From IMG/VR virus record IMGVR_UViG_3300034171_000062, positions 32,001-96,000 of that record: DNA of 64,000 nucleotides, one strand, 5' to 3'. The notes under the pieces were generated by a model. That model saw nothing but the letters and a program-made list of their open reading frames with translations, did no database searches and was not told where the DNA came from. The translations under genes and the position numbers were made by a program. Source of the stretch: a virus. Its lineage: Duplodnaviria; Caudoviricetes. Below, in pieces: positions 22,128 through 30,302 of this stretch; position 1 is the stretch's first letter, and each line of letters starts with the position of its first letter.

Positions 22128-22661
22128 ATGATCAACACCCCATCCACGTCTGCTGACCTTGTTGCCCAACAGTTAGTCGACACCGACTTGACTATAACAG
22201 AGATCTGTTCGACGTTGTCAATCGACGATACCCCACTTCTCAAACAAGAATTTAAAACCAAATACGGCACCACCTATGAGGCATATCGGAACCATCTTAG
22301 ACTTTGGTTTAAGCCTCGTACGGCGGAGAACCTAGCCAAGCCAAAGGAGAAATTTCCCTGGCGTGGGACCGACACGTCGGACGATGACCTCGCTCGTCAC
22401 CTCTCCACTGTGGTCTCACATCTCGAAACGAGCGATATCTCGGTTCAGGCGATGTTTAAGCAATTTCCGTTTTCCAATAGTCTTAGGTTACGGATGGCCT
22501 TTAAAACCAAATACGGCACCACCTATGCCGCCTACCGGAAGCAGCGTCGTCCGGAGTTTAACCTAACGAAGACCACTGTTTCCGATGGTCTTGCCGAAAC
22601 GAATCGACTTCTAAAACAGATTCTAGAACAACTAAAAGCAAACTCACCCCATAGTCTTTAA
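22128..22661 (+). CDS. protein with duplicated AraC-like HTH units
   Basis: Two copies of (I/V)...FKTKYGTTYxAYR, resembling the AraC C-terminal HTH signature. Confidence 0.6.
   Translation: MINTPSTSADLVAQQLVDTDLTITEICSTLSIDDTPLLKQEFKTKYGTTYEAYRNHLRLWFKPRTAENLAKPKEKFPWRGTDTSDDDLARHLSTVVSHLETSDISVQAMFKQFPFSNSLRLRMAFKTKYGTTYAAYRKQRRPEFNLTKTTVSDGLAETNRLLKQILEQLKANSPHSL
22251..22527 (+). repeat. 28-bp perfect direct repeat (22251-22278 and 22500-22527)
   Basis: TTTAAAACCAAATACGGCACCACCTATG occurs twice. Confidence 0.9.
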
Positions 22662-22671
22662 AGGTTGCCCT

Positions 22672-23124
22672 ATGTTGAATCCGGTGTATGCAGACGCTAT
22701 CGTTGAAAACATGTCATGTACCATGCTACACCTGTATGGTAGCACCTTGTCCGAATACCCGAACGTTTTAAAGCAAGCGGTGGAAACTCTGGCACGTCAG
22801 GACATGCGTTACGTTTACAAGAAAGGAGAAAAGGTTTGGGTTGGCGATGCGGCCATTGCGACCGACTTCCAGATTGACGTTATGGAATCCGACATTGCAG
22901 AGGTGGTGGACCCGTCTCTGCCGCCAACGCCTCCTGGAGTGGAGTTGGATACTCACACATACACCATCGAGGACGTGGTTCTCAATGTCTCGGACGAACG
23001 CAGCACGGTCCCCTGTCGCGTGGAGATCGTGGTGGTAGACTACGAAGCCGACGACGCTAAGAAAGATACCGAGGACTTGAAGTATGAACGGACCATTCAA
23101 TTGGTGTTCTACGTGTTAAAATGA
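22672..23124 (+). CDS. hypothetical protein
   Basis: AAGGT RBS; acidic. Confidence 0.7.
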   Translation: MLNPVYADAIVENMSCTMLHLYGSTLSEYPNVLKQAVETLARQDMRYVYKKGEKVWVGDAAIATDFQIDVMESDIAEVVDPSLPPTPPGVELDTHTYTIEDVVLNVSDERSTVPCRVEIVVVDYEADDAKKDTEDLKYERTIQLVFYVLK

Positions 23125-23134
23125 GGAGAGCTGG

Positions 23135-23542
23135 ATGAACAATCAAAAGGACGGTTGGAGCAACGTGATAACCCGGGTAGAAAAACAGAAGAGTAATGAA
23201 GCGTTTCTTAGAGAATTGGCTAAGCGTGTCAATTACCCTATCGCCACGAGGTCTGTCAACGCCTTAGCTGCTGGAGGCGTTGACACCGAAGAGAAATTAC
23301 TTAAGCTTACTGAGTACGACTTACGTAGAGCTCCCAATGTGGGCGACCTAACGGTACAGGACATTACGGAACTTCAACGATTACTGACCGGCGAGATTGA
23401 TTTGAGAAACTGCCTCCTTCGTGGATTAAGTGACATTTCTACTATGGTAAAAGATGCCCCTGCCGATAATGTTCTCGCCCTGGAGGTCAAAGCCAAAGTC
23501 AATAAAGTCCTCAGGGACTATACGAAGCACAATAACTTGTAA
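23135..23542 (+). CDS. RNA polymerase alpha-CTD-like protein
   Basis: TRSVNALAAGGVDTEEKLLKLTEYDLRRAPNVGDLTVQDI compared with alpha-CTD [40 protein letters not shown]. Confidence 0.7.
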   Translation: MNNQKDGWSNVITRVEKQKSNEAFLRELAKRVNYPIATRSVNALAAGGVDTEEKLLKLTEYDLRRAPNVGDLTVQDITELQRLLTGEIDLRNCLLRGLSDISTMVKDAPADNVLALEVKAKVNKVLRDYTKHNNL

Positions 23543-23552
23543 GGAGTCGATC

Positions 23553-24662
23553 ATGTCCAAGATCTGGCGTCTTCAACGCATCCGAGACGAATTGCTCTTG
23601 GATTTGATCAACCATCCAAACATCACCATCGATGAATTGGTCAACCGATACAACACGTCTAAGACTAAGTTGTACGAATACTTCAGAGAGGAGTATGACA
23701 CCACCCCTGGGCGGTGGCGTAAGACGTATTGGCGGGGTGTACATTGGGCGGCTCGGTTCTATCGCAGTGCGTTTGTGGTGTCAGTGTGCAGTGACTTCCA
23801 AGACCAGCGGGTCACCGACGAGTGCTACATCGACCGTCTGTTTCACGTCGAAGACACACCCATGACCTACTCGGTGGTGCAGGTGGAAGCGCGTATTGGG
23901 GATCGGTCCTACGCGTTTTCAACCAACCAACGCATCCAAGTCGACGAGTGGAGCAACATCCACTCCACCCAAGGCAATTACACTTTGTCAATCCGTCTCA
24001 AGCGGGGCGGGCAGCGACCTATGGTCACGGCGTTCCTTAGTCTGGGGAGTCACCACGGTGGGCAGATATCGATGCCGTACGAGTTGACGGTGACGGTGTT
24101 AACACGGTTGGTGGGGTACGACAACAGCGTACTGTCTTCGCCTCCGGAGACGCTACCCGTCCCAGAACCCTTAACCATGGTCCCAATGACCTCAGGTGCC
24201 GACTTCGACCTGGCCACTCGATCGGTGTACCTCTTACATCTGGGTCGACAGATTCTGTTACTAGGGATGTACGAGGCGGTGAGTCTGGCGGCGGTCAAAC
24301 GACTCAACTCTCGATGGCAAGGTGTGCCTCTGAACAACGCCCTACGTCGAAAGTTGAGGACGGCGTTTCATACGGGAGAGTACATAGAGATATCCCTTAG
24401 AGAAGCCTTAGAGATGCAGGACCGGGTGGTGACCGTCATGAACCAATACGACGGCATACCTGTATGCTTGTTTGAGATTAACAATACTCGGTATCTGGTG
24501 TCCTTGGAAGAACAACCAGACTTAAGTGATTTGGCGGTGCTGTATCCGTATTTGGAATCCGCGCCCACCAGAGTAGCCAAAGAGACAGTCAGAGAAGTGG
24601 CTCGCTCGCACGGAGCGGTTTGTGCGTCATTACAAGACTTAACCAACGTCATGCGGACATAG
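23553..24662 (+). CDS. protein with an N-terminal AraC-like HTH
   Basis: ITIDELVNRYNTSKTKLYEYFREEYDTTPGRWRK; AAGGAG RBS. Confidence 0.6.
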   Translation: MSKIWRLQRIRDELLLDLINHPNITIDELVNRYNTSKTKLYEYFREEYDTTPGRWRKTYWRGVHWAARFYRSAFVVSVCSDFQDQRVTDECYIDRLFHVEDTPMTYSVVQVEARIGDRSYAFSTNQRIQVDEWSNIHSTQGNYTLSIRLKRGGQRPMVTAFLSLGSHHGGQISMPYELTVTVLTRLVGYDNSVLSSPPETLPVPEPLTMVPMTSGADFDLATRSVYLLHLGRQILLLGMYEAVSLAAVKRLNSRWQGVPLNNALRRKLRTAFHTGEYIEISLREALEMQDRVVTVMNQYDGIPVCLFEINNTRYLVSLEEQPDLSDLAVLYPYLESAPTRVAKETVREVARSHGAVCASLQDLTNVMRT

Positions 24663-24694
24663 AGGAGGGGCATCGGCCCCTCCTCTTATTTTTT
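24657..24694. terminator. probable bidirectional terminator at the strand switch
   Basis: AGAGGAGGGGC-ATCG-GCCCCTCCTCT with a T-tract, between convergent genes. Confidence 0.85.
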
Positions 24695-24696
24695 GT

Positions 24697-24927
24697 CTAA
24701 GCCGTCGGATCAACGCGCACGTCGTACGCTGCCCCACGTTTGATGGGCACCACCTCCCCTGGGTAAGCTGCGCCACACAATAGCGGTCCGGCCAAGTAGA
24801 TGATGCTGGGTACCAACTTGGGGTCTACGTTTGCTAATTTACACAACCCTTCGTACGTCAGGTCTTTGGAGCGGTCAACTAAGACCTCTTTATTGTTCAC
24901 GGTGATGGCTACGGTATTTTTTGTCAC
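24697..24927 (-). CDS. ubiquitin-like (Multi_ubiq-type beta-grasp) small protein
   Basis: TVAITVNN..V...LTYEGLCKLA...IIY..GP..G...PGEVVPIKRG..YDV follows the recalled multi-ubiquitin domain pattern. Confidence 0.55.
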   Translation of the reverse strand: MTKNTVAITVNNKEVLVDRSKDLTYEGLCKLANVDPKLVPSIIYLAGPLLCGAAYPGEVVPIKRGAAYDVRVDPTA

Positions 24928-24930
24928 GAT

Positions 24931-25731
24931 TTATACCGCCTTCTGTCGGGCGTAGGCTTCCGCCATTTTCCCATGGTAATTGTGCTTCTCGTAAGACGGA
25001 CCATTGTATCCCCGAGCAAACTTGGCCCAGTCCTTTTCAACCAACGCAGCCAGTAGGGAACTGTCGGCAAGAATGAACCGTACAAAAGCGTCTAGATGCT
25101 GTCCTTCGTCGATGGACATCTTCTCCACGTAGTCCTGCACCGACGGATACCCCAACCGCTTCCAATGGAATCCCATGATTTGGTATCGCCCGTAAGACGC
25201 CGATTCCAACGCCGCCTCTATGTTCAACTCCATGGCTTTATTCAGACGGGTCCACTCGTGTTTGCCCCCACGGTAACCGCCCCAGGAACTGTTCACCAAG
25301 TCCGGCCGACCCTTACGCCCCAACTCGGCGGCCAAGGGCAGATCGGCGGCCAGTAACCGACGGTTCATGATGTGGCGTTCGTACAAGATCTTTGGCATGC
25401 CTTCTTCAAAGAACCCCCCGCCTTGGCTTTCCACCTCCGATACGGCTTTGATGGCAGCGACTTCCACCCCCAACTTGCCGGCGGCTTGCACGATGTGTTG
25501 TTCCGTCAGCTGCCACGTGTCGACGCGATTGCCTTCCAATTCTTCCCAGGTCCGTTTCCCAGCGACCCCGTCGGCCAATAGCCCATTGGTCTTCTGAAAC
25601 TTGGCCAGTGCTTTGTGGGTACCTGTCCCGAAGATGCCGTCGGCCTCCCCTCGAAGATACCCCTTTTCTTTCAGTAATCGTTGGAGCGATTTGACGGTCT
25701 CGCCACGGCTCCCCAATCTGATCATTCGCAT
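24931..25731 (-). CDS. endolysin: PG_binding_1 plus DUF3380 N-acetylmuramidase
   Basis: GSRGETVKSLQRLL...ADGIFG...FQ..NGL.ADGVAG; AVSEVES.G.GF, ILYERH, SYGRYQIMGFHW, FARGYNG. Confidence 0.92.
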   Translation of the reverse strand: MRMIRLGSRGETVKSLQRLLKEKGYLRGEADGIFGTGTHKALAKFQKTNGLLADGVAGKRTWEELEGNRVDTWQLTEQHIVQAAGKLGVEVAAIKAVSEVESQGGGFFEEGMPKILYERHIMNRRLLAADLPLAAELGRKGRPDLVNSSWGGYRGGKHEWTRLNKAMELNIEAALESASYGRYQIMGFHWKRLGYPSVQDYVEKMSIDEGQHLDAFVRFILADSSLLAALVEKDWAKFARGYNGPSYEKHNYHGKMAEAYARQKAV

Positions 25732-25752
25732 AAAAACTTCCTGTATTCAGAG

Positions 25753-26361
25753 TTACCAAGAAAATGTGAGTTCGGCGCAGTTACTGACGCCGTTCAACGT
25801 GACGTTATCTAGTACTTCGTGATATCCGTTACCTTCCCCAAGACCAACGCGACCCACTAAGATGTAGCTGCTTCGAGTGGTCCAATTTAACTTAGCCGTC
25901 GAGCCCCCACAGTACTTTATCCGAGCGACCATATCTGCTGTGTAATTTTCGGCGGCGTGACTGGCCACGATGACGATCACCGCGCCGTCGGCCAACCGAT
26001 CGATGCCGTCGACGAACGCCTGCTGCTGTTGGTCGGCCACATTGACGTCCCAGGTGTCGTATTGTGGGAGGTGAATCGACTTACTCCGGTCGACGTTCAG
26101 TGACCCCGCAAAATTAACTGAATTGTCCCAATCTCCAGCAGATTCGTCCCAAATAAAGAATGTCCACGCCCGCGGCATATTCGGTGAGATGCCCATTCCA
26201 TACTCTTCAACTCGGGCTGGCGGTACATAACTATCTTGGGGATAGGGTTTGGCTCTCACGGTAAATTGACGCGGTCGTCTATAAATAACCTGATTATTTA
26301 GAACCATACGAAGAACATCATCTCCTCCGGCGGTTATTCGTTTAGCTGCCGTTAGTTTCAT
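25753..26361 (-). CDS. ILEI/PANDER (GG-lectin-like) domain protein
   Basis: YDT...AFVDGIDRLADGAVIVIVAS...GG...RSSYILVGRVG pattern. Confidence 0.65.
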   Translation of the reverse strand: MKLTAAKRITAGGDDVLRMVLNNQVIYRRPRQFTVRAKPYPQDSYVPPARVEEYGMGISPNMPRAWTFFIWDESAGDWDNSVNFAGSLNVDRSKSIHLPQYDTWDVNVADQQQQAFVDGIDRLADGAVIVIVASHAAENYTADMVARIKYCGGSTAKLNWTTRSSYILVGRVGLGEGNGYHEVLDNVTLNGVSNCAELTFSW

Positions 26362-26372
26362 GAGAGAGGTCC

Positions 26373-26630
26373 TTAGTCGGCCACGACGATGTACAATACG
26401 CCAGGTAGAGGACTGGCCGGGTAGTTAGACTCGGTTACTTTAACGATTGACGTGAAGTCGGTCGACTGCACACTACCGTCTACTTTGGCTTTTAGTGGTG
26501 ATGTGAAGTCGTTTTCACTCAAGCCTTTTCCGGTGACCTTATCGACTTTTGCCGAGAGCATTGATTTTATTTCTGTAAACACCGCATCCACTGCGTTCTT
26601 TGCTGCAAGACTCGCCTCTGATATGCCCAT
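26373..26630 (-). CDS. small fibre-associated protein
   Basis: KVDKVTGKGLSENDF repeat shared with fibre 30303..32663; C-terminal PGVLYIV. Confidence 0.65.
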   Translation of the reverse strand: MGISEASLAAKNAVDAVFTEIKSMLSAKVDKVTGKGLSENDFTSPLKAKVDGSVQSTDFTSIVKVTESNYPASPLPGVLYIVVAD

Positions 26631-26638
26631 ATCCTCAC

Positions 26639-27394
26639 CTATCGTTTAAAGAGTTTTTCGCCCATCCAGCCGACGGGGTCCCACCGGTGAAACCGAACCG
26701 CGCCGGGTTTGGCATGGTGACTGCCGTGCCAGCAATCGCCTAGAATGAAGGGAAACATAAAGACGCTGTCGTGGGGGGAGTCTGTCTCGACCTTACCCCA
26801 ATTATGGCCCCAAGTGTTGGCTAAGGACTGAAGTTGCCACGTCAGCGCCACCGGCGCCCACACTAAAGCCAAGGCCCATTCGAGAGGGAAGAGTAGGATG
26901 GACCCAAAGAACACAGGGGCATAGATGTGCCAGTAATGAGTGTGGAACCAAACGTGCCACTTTGACCGCAGTAAGCGCCCTGCGTGACGCCCACTGACGG
27001 TGCGAAACGTGTACCCGAGCAGTTGAACCGACAGCCAATGACTGCGCGCTGGGCTGTGTGGGTCCTTAGCCTCTCCCTGATGCTTGTGGTGGGCGTTGTG
27101 TGTCGCCACCCATCCGAGACTACTGCCCTGAAGCGACAGTCCACCTACGAGGGTTAAGGCGACTTCTACGGCCTTTGGTACCGTCACTGCGTTGTGGGTC
27201 AGAACCCGGTGGTACATAAAACTGATGCCCAGTTGACTGATGCCATACCCCAACAATAACGATATTCCTAACAACCCCCACTCGCCCCGCACTATCAAGA
27301 CCACCACCGCTGCGTGACACAATAGAACCATGCCATAGTGACACAGTCGGTTTGCAGGTAGGACCTCTATATTCAACCGTTGTAAAGTACTCAT
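26639..27394 (-). CDS. membrane fatty-acid desaturase (Delta9/DesC-like), copy 5
   Basis: His boxes HRVLTH, HNAHH, HGSHH; DPHSP; TM helices. Confidence 0.9.
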   Translation of the reverse strand: MSTLQRLNIEVLPANRLCHYGMVLLCHAAVVVLIVRGEWGLLGISLLLGYGISQLGISFMYHRVLTHNAVTVPKAVEVALTLVGGLSLQGSSLGWVATHNAHHKHQGEAKDPHSPARSHWLSVQLLGYTFRTVSGRHAGRLLRSKWHVWFHTHYWHIYAPVFFGSILLFPLEWALALVWAPVALTWQLQSLANTWGHNWGKVETDSPHDSVFMFPFILGDCWHGSHHAKPGAVRFHRWDPVGWMGEKLFKR

Positions 27395-27423
27395 GTTCGT
27401 TACCTCCTTCGCCCTTTTTAACG

Positions 27424-28320
27424 TTACAACGAGGCAACATCGTACATTGTTTCAAAGGCTTTATCGAAATCGCCGAAACGATCGAGTTGGCGTTTAGCGT
27501 TGTGTTTGACTTGCGCGTAAAACTCAGGGTCCAAGTGGTCGGCCACTGGAGTGGCTACGTTGCAGTACAATCGATACGGCATCTGAATGAACAGTCGATC
27601 TATGCCCCCCACGTCTTCCCACGGTGGCTTCGGTGAGGAGAAGTTTACGATCCGTGCCTGACGCATCCGTACTTGATGTCGCATGCATTGAGTCGAACTG
27701 AACACCTTGTGGAGCGCACTTTCCACCTTGACGTTGATGTGGCCAGGCAATAAACCTTTCTTAACCCCAGACAAGACACGATTCAGGTAGTGTTTAGGCA
27801 TCCCCCGATCCAAACAATCGACCCGTAGGTAGTTCGAATAGAAGTCGGCGCAATCGACGCTGTCTCGTAAGACAGGCAAGTTAAAGACCACGACGCCTAA
27901 GGAGAAGTAGCTGCGCGAGCGCATGTACCGATCTAGATGGTCCGGGTCCAGCCGCGGATACCCGTCATTAAACCGAGACAGTTCAAACGGCCGGTCGGGA
28001 CGAATGACCAGGGCCTGGTCGCCTAATTTGGCTTGCGCTATGTCAACGATCGGCCCGTTACACACGGTACTCGGGTCCAACAACAACAGCGACTGAACTT
28101 CAGGGTCGTTCAAAGCGTAGTTTACAACCGCCACCGCATCGGCGTCGTCTACTTCGACGTATCGAAGTTTGTCGTACACGGACTCTAACTTCTTCCGCGT
28201 GAGGGCGTCGTCGTAAAACACCGTCAACACCCAAGTAGGATTTTCTTTGCGGTAGCTGTATAAGGAGACAATGGCTTGATTAAGTCTGTCCCAAGGTACG
28301 GCGAATCCAACGATGTCCAT
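27424..28320 (-). CDS. GT8-like glycosyltransferase (DxD apparently degenerate)
   Basis: AIVSLYS..., LLLLDPS, YFSLGVVVFNL, KPPW match the GT8 layout; GGAGGT RBS. Confidence 0.65.
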   Translation of the reverse strand: MDIVGFAVPWDRLNQAIVSLYSYRKENPTWVLTVFYDDALTRKKLESVYDKLRYVEVDDADAVAVVNYALNDPEVQSLLLLDPSTVCNGPIVDIAQAKLGDQALVIRPDRPFELSRFNDGYPRLDPDHLDRYMRSRSYFSLGVVVFNLPVLRDSVDCADFYSNYLRVDCLDRGMPKHYLNRVLSGVKKGLLPGHINVKVESALHKVFSSTQCMRHQVRMRQARIVNFSSPKPPWEDVGGIDRLFIQMPYRLYCNVATPVADHLDPEFYAQVKHNAKRQLDRFGDFDKAFETMYDVASL

Positions 28321-28331
28321 AGTACCTCCCA

Positions 28332-28625
28332 TTAAAACGTGCGTTCTCGCAGTTGGTTGCTGACCGATTCTTCGTAGTTTGGGTAATGGTCCGCTGTGAC
28401 TACTGGATTGGGACCTTGTTCGATCAGTGCCCGCAACTGAGGCGTCATGTGTTCGTTCTCAGGGGGTACGGGTTGGAGTTTTAGGATTTCTTCCCGCATC
28501 AACGTAAGGTCCATCCGAGGGTTGTCTACAATGGCTTGTGGTAATGGGTGGCTGGTTTTAACCCAGCCCCAATCCACCAAAACCGTACGACTGGTCAAAT
28601 TCAGTTCTTTCACTTTGAAGTTCAT
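28332..28625 (-). CDS. hypothetical protein
   Basis: Coupled ORF within the operon. Confidence 0.6.
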   Translation of the reverse strand: MNFKVKELNLTSRTVLVDWGWVKTSHPLPQAIVDNPRMDLTLMREEILKLQPVPPENEHMTPQLRALIEQGPNPVVTADHYPNYEESVSNQLRERTF

Positions 28626-29505
28626 ACGAGGCTCCGAGGTCTAACCCCGTGGGGGTACGATAATGGGTGCGATGGAGGTCATCCATCACGGTTAAGATTT
28701 GATCCAACTTACTGGGGGCGTCGTGCAACCAGAACACCCCGCTGTAGGGACTGGCCAGCAGTCGACATAAGGCCTGGTGGGGATCGGGCTGAATCCGAAC
28801 AATCTCATAAAGTTGCCGGTAAATGTGGCGGTTCACTACTTCATGGTCGGCATCAATAAGACCCACCGGTTTCTTCATCAACTTACCCAACAGTCCCAAC
28901 TCGCTGGCCGAGGTGCAATACACGGTCTCAGCGCGTTGGAGTAACTCGTGACCACTGACGTGATTGCTGTACACCGCCCCCGGAAAACTCTCTTCAATCC
29001 GAATCAACCAATCGTTCAAGGTGATGGGGTGCGGTTTGATCTTAGCGCCGGCTTTGTACAGGCGATAGACAAACGCCCAATCGACGCTGTGTTCCAGTAG
29101 ATTAGACCCTGGCAAAAACACCACCGCCGGAATGGGGTGAGACTCCAAAGACCGAATGAGACGGTACTTATCCATCCCCTTGACCAATGCGGTTCTAGGG
29201 TCGATGGGTGTCACAGTTTGGTCGGTAACGCCTTGGACGACCATCTCATATCTGAGTAAGTCGTCACACGGGGTAATCAACAAGGCGTGTGAAAAAATCT
29301 CAGTGTAGTGGATGCTTTTATACTCAGGGTCTTTGTTGTAATAGATGTCGTATAAGACCTGCTTGTCCGTTTTCCGTTCCAACTGATGGCTGAGTTTAGT
29401 CAACTTATCCATCTGGCCGGCCCGACCCACCGTGCCCGACTTATGCAGTTGGGTATACCCATCCCCCAATCGATCAGAGGCGCTGTCGAACTCTAGGTCG
29501 TTCAT
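28558..29505 (-). CDS. KpsS/KpsC(Capsule_synth)-like glycosyltransferase-fold protein
   Basis: KIKPHP...ELLQRAETVYCTSASELGLLGKLMKKPV resembles the KxHP and S..G.EA...KPV motifs. Confidence 0.5.
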   Translation of the reverse strand: MNDLEFDSASDRLGDGYTQLHKSGTVGRAGQMDKLTKLSHQLERKTDKQVLYDIYYNKDPEYKSIHYTEIFSHALLITPCDDLLRYEMVVQGVTDQTVTPIDPRTALVKGMDKYRLIRSLESHPIPAVVFLPGSNLLEHSVDWAFVYRLYKAGAKIKPHPITLNDWLIRIEESFPGAVYSNHVSGHELLQRAETVYCTSASELGLLGKLMKKPVGLIDADHEVVNRHIYRQLYEIVRIQPDPHQALCRLLASPYSGVFWLHDAPSKLDQILTVMDDLHRTHYRTPTGLDLGASYELQSERTEFDQSYGFGGLGLG

Positions 29506-29507
29506 AC

Positions 29508-29759
29508 TCAATCTCCCTCGTGGACTTCCTCCGTCGAGGGGAGGAGACCAAGTCTTGCTAACTCGTCTTGAACCCGCGCTTCAATACGAGCGTTCATCGT
29601 CGCATCGAGTTGTTGCAGGGTGGATTCCAAACGGTTATCAAAATTCGTAAGGTGTTCCAGGAACACGTCGGTCAAGGTTTCCAACTTACGCATCGCTTGG
29701 TTTAACTGTTCCTCTAGAGGATTCTTGACTTCGTCATCGGCGGTCATATTGACTCCCAT
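29508..29759 (-). CDS. small coiled-coil protein
   Basis: Heptad-like; translationally coupled; alternative start at 29747. Confidence 0.65.
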   Translation of the reverse strand: MGVNMTADDEVKNPLEEQLNQAMRKLETLTDVFLEHLTNFDNRLESTLQQLDATMNARIEARVQDELARLGLLPSTEEVHEGD

Positions 29760-30259
29760 TAGTAATATATCGTGGTGGTGATGGCGCTGTTGATCGTGGT
29801 GGTGATGGTCACATTTTGGCTGGACGTTGTTGTTGTATTTTTAGTTGCCGCAGTAGAGTGTCCGGTGGTATGGCTGGTGTTCCGAGTGGAATTCACGGTG
29901 GTGGTGTAACTCGTGACGTACCCCCCTTTGTATTCTCCCGTGTTGTGAGAGGTAGTCCGACTGACGCCTTGAACCAACGTGCTGTACGTAGTCGTGTAGT
30001 TTGTTGTGATCGACCACCCGGTCACGGTTGTTTTAGAAACCGCGGTTGAAACCGTGGTGGTTACCGACACAGGCGCGGTGGTGTTGATGATTCTTTGATA
30101 CGCAATCCCAGGCAACATACTGAAACGTATCGGGGGAGCACTCGGCAACGCCGGATGCCCACGACCCAATAACGACGACATGCGGTTGCTTGATAAGGTT
30201 CCCTGGAATTCGGTCACCACATCCGCGAAGGAAATTGGGGACGCTGCCGGTAGGGCCAT
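29759..30259 (-). CDS. Thr-rich putative tail-tip adhesin
   Basis: N-terminal MALP...ISF...EF...IRFS module like fibre-tip attachment domains; 39 Thr in the last ~107 aa. Confidence 0.6.
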   Translation of the reverse strand: MALPAASPISFADVVTEFQGTLSSNRMSSLLGRGHPALPSAPPIRFSMLPGIAYQRIINTTAPVSVTTTVSTAVSKTTVTGWSITTNYTTTYSTLVQGVSRTTSHNTGEYKGGYVTSYTTTVNSTRNTSHTTGHSTAATKNTTTTSSQNVTITTTINSAITTTIYY

Positions 30260-30302
30260 CGTTCTCTCCTATGATAAGAGACATCCGTGTCTATTGATGA
30301 CA

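Noticed and set aside
29508-29759. Small acidic protein as the missing acyl carrier protein
   Set aside because: No DSL-type phosphopantetheine motif; it looks like a coiled coil.
29759-30100. Thr-rich region as an ice-binding protein
   Set aside because: It lacks the regular TxT periodicity of beta-solenoid antifreeze proteins.
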